A stretch of DNA of 64,000 nucleotides from Adineta vaga. Its lineage: Eukaryota > Animalia > Rotifera. The position numbers and the translations under genes are program-made. Below, in pieces: positions 24,015 through 37,400 of the stretch. Below the pieces are notes generated by a model. That model saw only the letters and a program-made list of their open reading frames with translations, was not told the DNA's origin and searched no databases. Position 1 is the stretch's first letter. Each line of letters starts with the position of its first letter. The stretch covers positions 4,650,001-4,714,000 of the forward strand of contig CP075492.1 of NCBI GenBank assembly GCA_021613535.1, in the 5' to 3' direction.

Positions 24015-24766
24015 TTAGATGTTTCGTGTACAAATTTCGATTTTTGTTTGTGGAATTTGTGTTTGATGTGCAGCCATATCTCTGCAATAAACAGTTTCTA
24101 ATTCATATTGTTTAAAACCCCATAAATCTTGTCCATTACTACGACGATATTCTAATTGACCTTTTTCAGTTGATAACCATGCACTTGTCGGACTTACTTT
24201 TGGTCCAAGAATAACTCGAACTTCTCCTAGACAAAATTAGGAAAACAATTGTAATTTGATTTCAATCAGTTTTAATTCCACATACCTTTGGATGCTGTAG
24301 CATATTCACATGAAAGATCTTGCCAAAATTGTCGACATTCAGGTGTAACTGGTGTTGTCCATTTACATGGTTTGATATGTGCATTTTCTTCAAGTTCAAG
24401 AAGCATTTCAAGTGTAACACCTTTTTTCCCTTCTTTTGCAGCTACATGTTGCGCAATTTCCGCTGCAACTTTATCACTATCTGCAACACCAAATCCTGAC
24501 CAAAAGAATTTCACTGTATTGTATGGAACATATAAACCTAATTGATTTCCAGTACATTGTTTAGCAAAACGAATTTGTTTTAGAACATGATTATCATTAT
24601 CAACTCTGAAATAGAAATCGCAATGATGAAGAAAATATCGATTTGAAAGAATTTACCGATAAAGTTTTCCTTGAAAATAAATTTCATTTTTCAATTCTGT
24701 TGGTAAAGCAATCGTTCTTTCGAGGATTGTTATTGTGAAATATAAAAATACAATGTACTTTAACAT
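24015..24766 (-). CDS. Secreted ADP-ribosyl cyclase/NAD+ glycohydrolase-like protein, 3 exons (24657-24766, 24286-24605, 24015-24226)
   Basis: Signal peptide. FWSG...TLEM...FWQDLSCEYATASKGEVRVIL...SAWLSTEKGQL parallels the CD38/ARC active-site order W-S, TLE, W-xxx-S, S-xx-xx-E. Confidence 0.7.
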
Positions 24767-26034
24767 TGTGAAGGAAACCTATCGAGTTTGAATAGATAAA
24801 TTGTCTTGTATGGTATCATATATATATATATATATGATTCTTGACTAAAAATACGTTTAGCTAACTCCAATATCATGTAATTTAATTGATCACGTTCCAA
24901 TCATTATATGGTATTTGGAGAGCAAGTGAATTAGTGACATATGCTTAGATTTGGTCGTTATTCTACGAAAATATCGAAAGATATGTTCTCAAAATTTCTA
25001 ATCCTTGATATGAGAAAAGAAAATAGATATTTAATTTCAATTTTAAAGGTTAAAACGTAGGCAGTATTTTAATCTTTATGACGATGCGATTGGTAAAAGG
25101 TAAATTGTAAATCGAAGTACCAGTATTCTTTCTTATTATAAAGTTATTCCTGAAAAAAAGAATATCAATCTTATAAATCGTTTGTTTCATATCTTTGAAA
25201 TTTGGTGGAATATTCTTCGTTTCATAATGTGGCTATGCAGTTCAAGAATCAATCTCGAACGATCTCGTCTACTTTCTCATTATGGTCATTTTTCTTATTT
25301 GACGAGATGACTTCCAAAGTTATACACATTATAGATTGGATAGAATCTATTATAAAAGGGATAATACAATTTATTGATATGAAAGAGTAGATGTTATCAA
25401 ATCCTTTTCTGACCTGAGCTCAGGAAAGTATGAAAAGTAATTTTTTCAGGATATTTCTGATCTTGTTCGATAATACTCATCGAACTTTACCAAATTGTCT
25501 ACGTAAACAATATTTTCAATGAAAATCCCTTTTCTTCATTCTTCGAACAATTATAAACCCTTCGAAATGTAATGAAAAGAGAGTTAATCAAATGATAGAA
25601 ACCAGTTCGTTGAGCATTTTTGAGGACTAAATGAAGAATCCAAATAAATATTAAATGCGTCAATTAAACATGGAGTATTCGCATTCTATTGAATTTCTGT
25701 TTGATTAACCCTAAAAATACGAACCTACTTTTTTTTACATTAAAAGAAATATCAGTTTCGCTATAATCAAGCCGGTTCTATATCTCATCTAAACCATCGC
25801 TCATGTGATTTGATGAGATAAATAGATGAACGTATATTTTCTATTTATTAAAAGAATTCATTAAAATTATTTATGAAAAAATTAACAAACTACGATTGTT
25901 AGATAAATCTTAATGCTTTGTTCTCATATTGATTAATTTATTGCTGAAAGTGAAGGTAAAAAGAATGCTTGTCTTTAAAAATAAAAAAGAAAAATCGTAG
26001 TTTATGTTTTCTCCAATGGATATGCACGATGAAA

Positions 26035-27564
26035 TTATGCACATGGTTTTTGGATGTTATTTTTGTATCCTTCACCTAGACTGTCACGTGAATCATAACT
26101 TATAACAATAAACATCGATTTCTTATCATTTGTAAAAGCTCGACCAACACCTAATTTGGTTGTACTTTTCCAAATGATCTTTGGAAAATATTTTGTGAAT
26201 GAAAAGTCTGGACTCTCATATTTATAGTACTTGTGTTCATTGTAAAAGTTATCAACAACGACAGAACCTATATCAAATGAGAAAAAAAAAACATGTATTC
26301 AGATCAAAAACAGACTATTGTCGTCGTGTATATTTACCATGAAGTGCTGCATCACCTTTACCATAATACACGGATTGCATTTTGCTTGCATCATAGTCAG
26401 GTGGAGTAATATCGGCAGCTGCTAATTTATCGGCCAAATCTTGTGAAACTTTGTTAAGATCATTGTCTAATGTCAAGTCAGACACACAATGCATCTTTCG
26501 TTTTTCATTGTGACGTGCTAAGACTTCCTTTCGAACTATTTTCACTGGTTCACCTAATCGAACACGTTTTTGTGGAGCTAGATGAGAAAGAAGATGGAAC
26601 AGCTTAGTTGATTTTAAAGCTTTAGCGAAACGAATCAACGATTAGTTTGTAGTTCACGTTTGACAAAACAAGAGACAATAATAAAATTGTTGTTCGATTC
26701 AATTACTTACCCAAGCAAGAACCAGTTGAAAAGCCTTCACTCTCCATATAAGTGCCTAAGCTATCGAAAAGATAACATTTCTTGTCATATGTGCCATAGA
26801 GCCATCCAAAACACGTATTTACACCATCACATTTTCCCATACAATTCTCCACTGTGGCAATGTCTGTCAGTGTGTCTATCGTATTGCCAGGATATTGACC
26901 ACTTTTGTTTTCGACACACTTTGTTTTCAAATTCGTTCCTGAAAGAATATGGAGAGTACGAGTTGTCGAATTTTAAACAGAAGACATGTGACTTTGGAGT
27001 GAGTGATAAGAGATCGGAGTAAAGAGAAAGATTTGACCGGGAAGTTAGTTTTGATTGATAGAAGAAAAGATATTTTGTGACATGGTATTTCTGTTCATCA
27101 CTTACCAACACATGATCCTGATCGAACACCTGACACAGCAATGACACCCTTTATATTAGTTAAACCCCAACACATTGTTGAGTCAGGTTTATATGACCAT
27201 CCCATACATTTGGCATCTATATCACATCTATCCATACAACTTTGAGTTGAATCAATACCAGGTATACTCAATACTTCGTCTCCATTCCATTGATATCCTT
27301 CTAGAATATCTGCTGTGCAGTCACCTTCTGCTTCCGCTCCTAAACAGTAACGATGTGTCTTTGCACAATATCATGGAGACTGTTTGATATCTTACTTCTG
27401 TTAAAGAATAATTCATGATCACTGCTTAGTTCCAATCGACGTAAGAGATGTTGAAGACGTTTGATTTGTGAATAATCACCTTTCGTTTTCTGATGGCGAT
27501 ATGCTTGAACATCATAGTTCGATATGAGTAATGCTATGATGAGTATTCCAGTTCGAAATTCCAT
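26035..27564 (-). CDS. Secreted PAN-PAN-CAP protein, copy 2, 5 exons
   Basis: Near-identical to copy 1, including introns. Confidence 0.8.
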
Positions 27565-28481
27565 TGATCAATGTGATTAATTTCTGAAAGTAAAATACAG
27601 TGAAAGAACAGAAAAAATCTTTTATCCATGAATTCTTTATTTTAATTCGAATATAAATAGAAGGGAGAATAAAGCCTACTGTGCTGTATACCTTGCTATA
27701 GAAAATTTTTTGGCGTATTGATCAGAGTAAATAAAATAAATATTGAAAAAAAAGCTATATCACTGTAGTTATATCTCTACTTCTTAAAGAGACATTCCAA
27801 GCGTGACCAGTTCATAACGACACGAAAAAGAATCAATTACCCTTCTTTTTTCTCGCTGTCAGTTTTTCTCTCTCATCTAATTAGAATATAAAATATGAAG
27901 TTGTTCTATTGAAACAAAATTAAATATTAATTTTTTTGTTGTTAATTATGAAACGAAAAATACACGTAGGCAGTAATAATATTTTTTCGATAATGACATG
28001 TCTCAGTATTAAGCGTGTCTTACTGAGATCGCAGCAATAGTGGTGACCTTTGTTCTATTTCTTTTATCCAGTAAAAAACACAATTCATTTTTTTTCGAAT
28101 ATCTTTTTATCAAAATATTGATCGTCACTAATTAGACATTTAATCACAATCTGATATTACTAGAATAAAATACAAAATCAATCATACCATTGCAAAAAAG
28201 TATTTTTCACTTCACGCTCGATAAATCAATAAGTGACTCGAGGAAAGGAGTAAGAAATGGTACATCTCTTTTTCTCTCTTTCTCCTTTTTTTTTTGTCAC
28301 TCGACTGATATTTAAATAAAGGTAGACGATATTATATTATTTCACTGTCATTCTCGATTTTCCTGAATCTCTTTTAGATCTATTTCTGGATTTTTATTTT
28401 TCATCATCATCGAATCTATTTTGTGTAGTATATCTTATTTGACAAGACTCTGCATCTGAACATTCTATTTCATTCTAGAAA

Positions 28482-29358
28482 ATGTTACGTGTTTCGTGTC
28501 TTCTTTTATCTTATTTCCTTCTGTCATCCAGTGCCTTTCGATGCGATTATAAACATGACAAACGTGTTGATATCGAAGGCATTCAGAAATGGCCTGACAA
28601 CACGATTCCTTATGAAATCGATGATGCCTACTCTCCAAGCGAAAGACAGTTAATTGCAGAAAGTCTTGCTGAACTCAGCACCAAAACAGACAACTGTGTC
28701 CGTTTTATTCCTCGTACTGATTCACATCCAAATTATGTACGTGTACTTAGTAAAACTGGGTAAGTACTACTTGTGATGTTTTTCAAATAATAAGATATAA
28801 AAATGAATATCATACGAACATTCGAAGATGTTGGTCTGGTGTCGGTATGTCATGGCAAGGCGGTCTTCAAGAACTATCACTCGATCGAAGTGGTTGTATG
28901 ACAAAAGATACTGTTATACATGAATTTCTTCATGCACTTGGATTCAATCATGAACAAACACGTCCAGACAGAAATCAATATATCAAAGTTCTCTATGAAA
29001 ACGTTCAACCAGGTTAGAACAATAACATATCTCCGCTATTCTATTTTCTTAAAACACATTTGATTTAGATCAAAAACATAACTATGACATCAGTCCTGCA
29101 GCTGCTATTCAAAGTGCTGGATTACCCTATGATTTCAGTAGAGAAGAAAACGTGTTTTTTTTTATCATTTAACATTTCTTTTACTCATTTTCAGATTCAA
29201 TCATGCACTATGGTTTCAGTGACTTCACTTCAAATGGTTTACCAGTCATGGTAACTGTTGCTGATGATATGAAAAAATGGCGATATACGATGGGCACAGG
29301 AAACAAGTTAACTGAGAGTGATTTATTGAAAGTGAAGAAAATATATGGTTGTACTTAA
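28482..29358 (+). CDS. Secreted astacin metalloprotease, copy 2, 4 exons
   Basis: Near-identical to copy 1; [18 protein letters not shown] and SIMHY. Confidence 0.93.
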
Positions 29359-29593
29359 TTAATGTATTCACTCGTCTAACTACTGATTGACTTATTATGT
29401 AATCTGCATTTTTTCTTTTGACAAATAATAAATTTTAGTTAGGAAAACATCGTTTATTATCTAATCAAAGAAGAAGAAGAAGAAGAAGAGATATTTATTT
29501 ATTTGTTGTAACTATAAAATATAGATCAAATATTAAAGTAACGTGTTAGTGAAAAAATGAGTAAAAGAAAGTCGATAACATCAATCGAATTGA

Positions 29594-31249
29594 TTATTTG
29601 CATGGTTTTTGAATATTATCACGATATGATTCACTCATATCACCGGTCCAGTCATACATTGTTACAACAAACATTGTTTCAGTAAACGCGCTTTCTGTTT
29701 TGTTAGTGTATGCACGACCAACGCCCATCTTTGTTGTACTTTTCCAAATGATTTTGGGAAAATGTTTTACATGTGTAAAATCGGGTTTATTATAATCATA
29801 AATCCGATGTTCATCGTAAAAATCATCAACAATGACGGAACCTATTGATCAAAGAAAAGAGTTTTTTCATAAGATAAAACGAGAATTGTTTTTTAGATAC
29901 CATGAAGACTCACGGATTTCACTCCATAATATACTGTTTGCATTTTAGTTATGTCATATTTAGGTGGAATGACATCAGCAGCAGCTAATTGATCTGCGAA
30001 ATCTTGTGCTTTTTTGTTCAATACTTTATCCAATGTTAATTGAGGCACACAATGTTTTTCTCGTTTTAAATTATGACGCGCCAATGATTCTTCTCGAAAT
30101 GGTTTTAAAGGATCAGGTAAATCAAGTCGTGCTTGGGATGCTAAATAAACAAAAAAGACATGAAATTGTGTAATATTAATAGAGATATTGTTGTACAGTT
30201 TAGACTGTACAAGGGAAATGAAATTTAAAAAAAAAATTTAGTGTTTACAAACTTACCAACACAAGACCCAGCAAAATTATAAGTTTGCGGAATAAATTCA
30301 CCTATATTTGAACAGAGAATGCACATTTCGAAAAAATCTGAAAACGTCCATCCATAACAGATATTCAAATTATCACATCTCGCCATGCAATCTTCGATTT
30401 TATTGATGTTCTCGATCTGTTCTAGATATGCGCACGGATATTGACCAACTAACTTCTCTTCACATTTGACTTTCATACTTGAACCTATAAAATAAAAATA
30501 TTGATAAATTCTCATGGAAATGTACTTGTTTAGTAGAGAATAATCAATAAAGATAATGAATTTCTGGTACTTAATTCATCTCATAAACATAGAATACAAT
30601 ATCAATAGACTAGATTAATGATAAGAAGAAACAAGATATTTTCGATTTTATGCTTGAAATTTGAAAAATAAAGACTAAAATCAACTTCAGATAATTTTAA
30701 TTGAAATTAATATGATCGCACTGAGACGTTATCATCAATCGATCTGTATCAGGTCGGTAATGAGATATAAAATATATGCTACGTTTCGACACTCACCAAT
30801 ACATGATCCTGATCGAACACCTGGACCTTCCATTACACCTTCTATTTGATTTAAACCCCAACATCTTTCAGTTGAAGGCTTATATGACCATGCCATACAA
30901 TCTTTTGTCTTATCACAAATATCCATACAACGTTGGGTCCCAACAATATTTGCTACACTTATTATAGTTTTTCCTACCCATTGATATTCTTCTAAGATGT
31001 CTCCTGTACAATCACCTTCTGGATCGACTCCTAAACAATAATATTAAACACGACATATATCTCTACATTATGACATTTACTTCGATCAAAAAATAATTGC
31101 TTATCACTACTCCATTCCAATCCACGTAAGAGTTGATGAAGACGTTTCATTTGTGAATAATCACTTTTCATTTTATTATGACGAATTCCTTCGACATTGA
31201 TATTCATGATGAATATTGCGATGAAAAGTATTCTAGCTAGAAATGACAT
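29594..31249 (-). CDS. Secreted PAN-PAN-CAP protein, copy 3 (divergent paralog), 5 exons
   Basis: Same exon layout; CMDICDKTKDCMAWSY, CMARCDNLNICYGW, HNLKREKHCVPQL and KHFPKIIWKSTTKMGVGRA. Confidence 0.8.
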
Positions 31250-32200
31250 TATCGAACGCTGTTGATTTCTAAATAAATAATAGATACTTTTATGTTGATT
31301 CTCAAAATATAAAGAAGCAACATACTGCGACCTATAGGAATACCTTTAATACAATAATAATATAAAGAAAATATCCTGTTCGTCGTCAGAAAGTCGAATG
31401 ATAAAAAAATATGTCAAAAGGTAAATCTTAATTATATATGTATGATTTTGTTTCTCTATAAACATTTCATGCGTAACGATATCTCAAAGAGTATTTTTTT
31501 ATATCCCGTCTGATCATTCATAGATGTATTGAACAATTCTAAAAATTATTTCATTCTAAACTAAATCTCATGGAAAATATATATCTGGGACTAATTATAA
31601 TATCTTTATTTTTACTTTCTTACTCATTAATTAAAATCCATGTCGCACAATCGTCTTCAAATCTGAGTTATTTTCAAGCTATGGCAAATCTATCAAGATA
31701 ATATTTACTAACTTTGATAAATTCAGTTATATAAATCGTCAATATTGGTCAACTGAAAGGGTAAAAATGTCTACCTCTTATCTTCAACACTATTCTCAGT
31801 TTGTATTTTACACAAAAAAAAGGTAAATGGTCTTTCGTAAATACAATCAAGAAAACAAAACTAGTTTTGTTTTTATGATAAGTTCGTTTAACTAATAATA
31901 AGCACGTCGAATAAAGGCTTTTCGACTGTCAAATCGATTAATTTTTAGATAAGTTTTATAGATAAACAAAAATAGGTTTTCTCTCTCTCTCTCTCAGGTG
32001 ATTCGAAACTTGTTTTCATTTTCATTATTGATGTTTTCGATGTATTGATGATTTGAAATTACTTTTACTGAATCCCATTGCCTCTTCTTAAACCAAACAA
32101 AACACGATCAATGATCGTATGAACATTCTGTGGCATATGATTTGGAAGTAAATGTTATTAATTTCTTTTCTTTTTCTAGATAATAAAACAATACTTTAAA

Positions 32201-33066
32201 ATGTTATGTATTTTGTCTTTTATCGTATCTTATTTGGTGATATCTTCAAATGCTTTTCGATGTGATAATAAACCAAGTAAACGAGCTGAAAATAATGCTA
32301 TTCTAATTTGGCCTGATGGAATTGTGCCTTATGAAATAGAGGATGTATACTTACCGGAGGAAAAACAAATCATTCGAGACACGTTGAAAAATATGTCTGA
32401 TAGCACTGACAATTGCGTTAACTTTATTGAACGTACGGATACTCATCGTAATTGGATACATGTAGTAAGCAAAGATGGGTAAGTTTTTATAATAATCTTT
32501 GATTATTAGTATATATATATATATATGTGCTATTATTATTCAAAGATGTTACTCATCGGTTGGTCGACGCTCCAGTCCTGGTGTTCAGGAATTATCACTT
32601 GATCGAAGTGGTTGCTTTGGCGGTGGTACAGTATTACATGAGTTTATGCATGCACTTGGATTCCATCACGAACAAACACGTCCCGATAGAGATCAATATA
32701 TAGAAATACTTTATGATAATATGAACCCAAGTATGAAAAATTCGGTATTTCATATTTTTCTTTTCTTTAATTTCGTTTTATTTAGATAAGACATATAACT
32801 ATGACATAAACCCTAGTGCTAAACATCAAACTATAACACCTTATGATTTTGGTACGAAGAAAAGTGTTTATTCAGAATATATTTTTTTTATACTTAATTT
32901 AGAATCCATTATGCATTATTCATATCTTGCCGCGACAATAAATGGTCTTCCAACAATGACACCTATTTCAAACGATGCACGACATTTTCGATATTTTATG
33001 GGGCCAGGGGGGGCATTAACTAAACATGATATTTATAAAATTAAGAATTTTTATGGTTGCATCTAA
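32201..33066 (+). CDS. Secreted astacin metalloprotease, copy 3 (divergent paralog), 4 exons
   Basis: [33 protein letters not shown] and SIMHY. Confidence 0.93.
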
Positions 33067-33239
33067 CAAACCTATTTTCTTCTATAAATTCAATCTCTTT
33101 TTACTATTAATAATAAATATTGATTAGTTAGAACCTCTAACTGGAGATTTAATCAGAGAAATCTGAGCTGTGATAGACTTTTCTCTAATAATGTATTGAA
33201 AGTAGGTAATAAAATAATGTGTCAACAATTGCTGACGAA

Positions 33240-33682
33240 AGATGACATCTAAAAACATAGATTATTTGTCCATATATATCAGAATATTGACCAAATCGAT
33301 TTTCTTTATATTCGATTTTCATAGAAGTATCTATAAAATAAGAACACTTCGTTTCAAAAAGAAAACAATGAATGGGTATTAATCCAAGCAATTTATTCTT
33401 TTGACCAGCCAATACTTGATCCTTATCAACACCTGCTGCTGGAATGACATCAATTATCGTAACTAAACCCCAGCACAATCCAGATTCAGGTTTAGTGTCA
33501 CATCTATCCACACATTCCTGAATTCCATTAACATCTAGCGTAGATTTTTTTGTTACTCCATCCCATTGCTATCCTTTCACAATATCTCCTGTACGATCAC
33601 CTGCTGCTTCAACTCCTAAACAATAACATCAAATACGATATATATATATATATATCTATATTATGATATTTACATCGATCAA
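33240..33682 (-). pseudogene. Truncated PAN-PAN-CAP relic (PAN exons only)
   Basis: GVEAAGDRTGDIVKG*QWDG...CVDRCDTKPESGLCWGL with a stop and an internal deletion. The start of the second PAN exon is present; no CAP exons. Confidence 0.7.
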
Positions 33683-34497
33683 TGGTGATACAAAATCGTT
33701 TCGATTGACAAACTATCCACTGGTGATTTTTATAAAGTGAAGAAAATCTACGATCGCTAGTCACGAAATCGTTTCTTGGTTAACGAAAATATAAAAGTAT
33801 TTGACCGATTTCTTTGTTTGTTAATTATCTACCTTAGTTAATTGCCATTATACATTTGTTCTATGATTCGTGAAATCCTCTGTCAATATTGGCATAAACA
33901 ACAACAACGATATTAATTTAGTCGGATTTCCATAGCGAGAAGATTCTTTTCTCTCTCTCAGACATAAAACAGATCTCAATGTCACCATTATTAAGTCACT
34001 GATAGATAAATCTCAAGAATAACGGTAAGCGTCTTCTTCTATGTCTATCATTTTTCTATTTCTTCTTTCTTCTTCTCGTCTTAATTGTCGACAATACTTA
34101 TTCCTATGTCTCTTTCCTTTCTTTCTTTCTTTTTTTTTGTCGATCAACACAAGCATTTTGTTTGCTCTATTCTTCTCCCTTTCTTTTCATCGCTTTTGCT
34201 TCTTCGAGTGTTAGCGTATGTGTGTGTCTCTTTGTATACTCGGTGACTGTGTTCTCGCACATTATTCTTATTCCTATTACACCAACCGATTGCACGCTTG
34301 CCACCTCCTGCAAGGTCGAAATACATTCAAGTATATACATTAATCAACACGGTTTGATCATTTTCTGCTTATTCTTCTCCTTTCATTCACACATATTCAT
34401 TATAAACTGTTACTTCAGATGTCTTGTTCTTCTTCCCCTTCTTTATTCATTTATTGTTTATTACTGATCAACTGAAGATGAATTGATCTATATCAAT

Positions 34498-37400
34498 ATG
34501 ACAGAGAACAACAATTGGAAGATGGATATAAATAATGATGATTATGATGATGAATATCAACAAGGTAAATAAAGGAGTATAGGAGAGAGAGAGAGAAAAA
34601 AAATCCCGTCAAACATTAATGTTGTCAAGATGTTGATATTTTTGTATGAATGTTAGGCTTCCGAACAATAATAGATCGAATAGCAATGTCTGACTGTGAA
34701 AATAAACGATCAAAAGAAAAGAAAACCTGCTTATGTTTATCGATACCACTGAGAGAATTATGTTAAAAAGAATCGATCTTTCATCTATAGAGGATTGACA
34801 TAATATTAATATTAGATTAACCATTAGTAACGACAGTTGTCTTTAAATAAGATTAATGTGATGATCAAAATAAATAGAATGCGATTAGTAGTAATCTGGA
34901 TAATAAAATGACTTATATGTATTTCGAGTGTGTACGATATAGTCTCAATCAGATACGCATAAATATGTGACCTAACGAATAATGTGAACAAATGAAAAAG
35001 AAATTAATATGATGTCATATCGAACATTTCTTTCTTATTCTTTTAGAAGAACCTTCATCTCGTCATATACTTTTTGCGCTTGAAGATTTACTAGAACGAA
35101 GTCGTAAGAAACATTCTCTTGTTCGATCAAAGATAAAATATCAAAGTAAAAGTGCTGACGATTTATTTCTACGTCGATATCAAGGAAATGTAATCAATAA
35201 TACATCGAATAGAACATTAATTGAGCTTGATCTATCGGGATTAAATGTTGATACATTTGGTAACGATAATGACGATGATCTTTCAATTCAACGAACTCGA
35301 TCAGCACCTGTTTCATCCATAGAACTTAATGATAAAGAATTAGCTGCTTTTATTCAATCTGATTACTATCAACAGCAGATACAATCGACAACAAATAATT
35401 TTATTTATAATATCGATCTTTCAGATACCAACGAAGGAAATTTTCGACAAGTAAATTCAAAAGATGCGATTTTTTTTGTAAGAAAATTTTATTTGAATAT
35501 TTTGAATTCTGTTTGTATTCAAATTTAGGAAGATGATTATTCATTTGAAGAGATAAATACTGAACCATCATCGATGAATCTTCTTCATTCATCTTTAATT
35601 AATAATTGTTTAACAATAACTGAAGAAAATGAAGATGAATTCGATGATGATGATGAAGAAATTCATTTAATTAAAATGAATACAAATCCGAAATCAACAA
35701 TTATTTTACTTGATGATGATAATGACACGATACTATATGAGAATGATGAACAAATCGAAGATGGAAATAATCTTTCATTGATGATGAATATCAATAAACG
35801 TGAAGATTCAATTGAACGTCTTTCAACTATTTATGAATCTCCAAGTCCACAACCTGAAATCGAAGAAGATATTCTAAATGATGACATTGATGATGATGAT
35901 GAAAAATTAATCGTTTATGATCTTGCAAAAGTAAAGAGAATCTATCGATCTTTGTTCTTCTTTCATTTCCTATATGATTTTCAGCTTCCTATAACTTCTT
36001 CAAATCTCGACTCTACTCCATCAACTTCACAACGAACTCGTCCTATTTCATGTTATACCGAAGCATCTCTAGACACTTGTATAAAACCCAATGAAATTCT
36101 TTCAGCATCACAATTGTGTGGAACGACAACAATGATTATGTCAAAAGTTTATACACCATTATCTTTCTCACCGGTGACTGATACTGAAATCATTCCATCT
36201 TCACCAATTGAACAAACTCTCTCACCATCATCATCACGACGATCTTCTCAACATATTCAAACAATGAAAGTCATTCAATCTTCTTCATCAAGTTTATCAG
36301 ATTTCCTATCAACACCAATAACATTGCAGAATACAAGTAAGATTAATCTTTCGCTACATTCTTCGAATGATAACGATAAATATCATCATTTTCTTTTCTT
36401 TTCTTCATATAAAGATAATCCGAATGTTCATTATTCTTTCTCGGAATGTTCATTACTTCATCAACCATCGCTTTCCAATAATGAACGACGAAGTTCATTA
36501 TCTCGTCGAATTCTTACAAATGGTTTATTACTTTCACAAAATTCTCGTCGTTGTCATGAACCATTGACAGTTAAATTTGAAAAAGAAGAAAAATTTCTCT
36601 CCGATACTTCATCATCTTCAGAATTACTTTCATCATCCGACGAGAAACTTTTGTCAAGATCAGAATATATTCTTCGACAAGATGATAAAATAGCTCAACA
36701 ACGTAAAACATCGAGTTTAAAAAGTATTCTTGTAACACCATCTCAACCATCAACAAAAATTCTTTATCCAATTGATTTCGAAATCAGACATAGAAATGTT
36801 TCTTGGCAACAAAAACGTTCATCCGATCCATATCGAATGCTTATCTTCGATTCAGGTATTGTTACCGATGTACGACCAACATCAAAATCAAGTATTGATG
36901 AAGTATGTCGATTGAATTATTAAATAAATGATTATATTACTATTATTTAGGATACTAATCATGATACAATCAATATAGATCAGTTAAGACAATATGAAAT
37001 CGACTATCAGAAAACTTTAAATGATATGACATTTATTAAGAAGAATATTGTTGATGTTGAAAGTCGTCTTAATGAAGTTATACGTGAAGTAAGACATTTT
37101 GATATTATTTCAATAATTGGCTCCTTAGGCTTAATCACTTTGTTCGTATTTTCCTTGATCTTCTCAATCTCTGACATATGTGTCTGTCTTTCGATAGAAA
37201 AGAATGTGTTCTAAATCTAAACCAAGTACATATCACATCACGTACCATTCCATCTGTTTACCCCCAGTTCCTTTTTTTCTCTGTCAGATTATTGACTAAT
37301 TACAAATTCTTTCATCAGAAATCCAAGAAAAATGATTATTATTTCTTCTTCTTCTTTCTTTCTATCTATCTATTTATCTATCGAAGGAGAAGAGACGAAG

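Noticed and set aside
24900-25900. Gene-free kilobase including ORF 25202..25390
   Set aside because: No recognisable motif, splice pattern or terminal repeats.
15540-29490. Long direct repeats as LTRs or a transposon
   Set aside because: The repeats are host genes with introns; no RT, integrase, transposase, TIRs or TSDs were seen.
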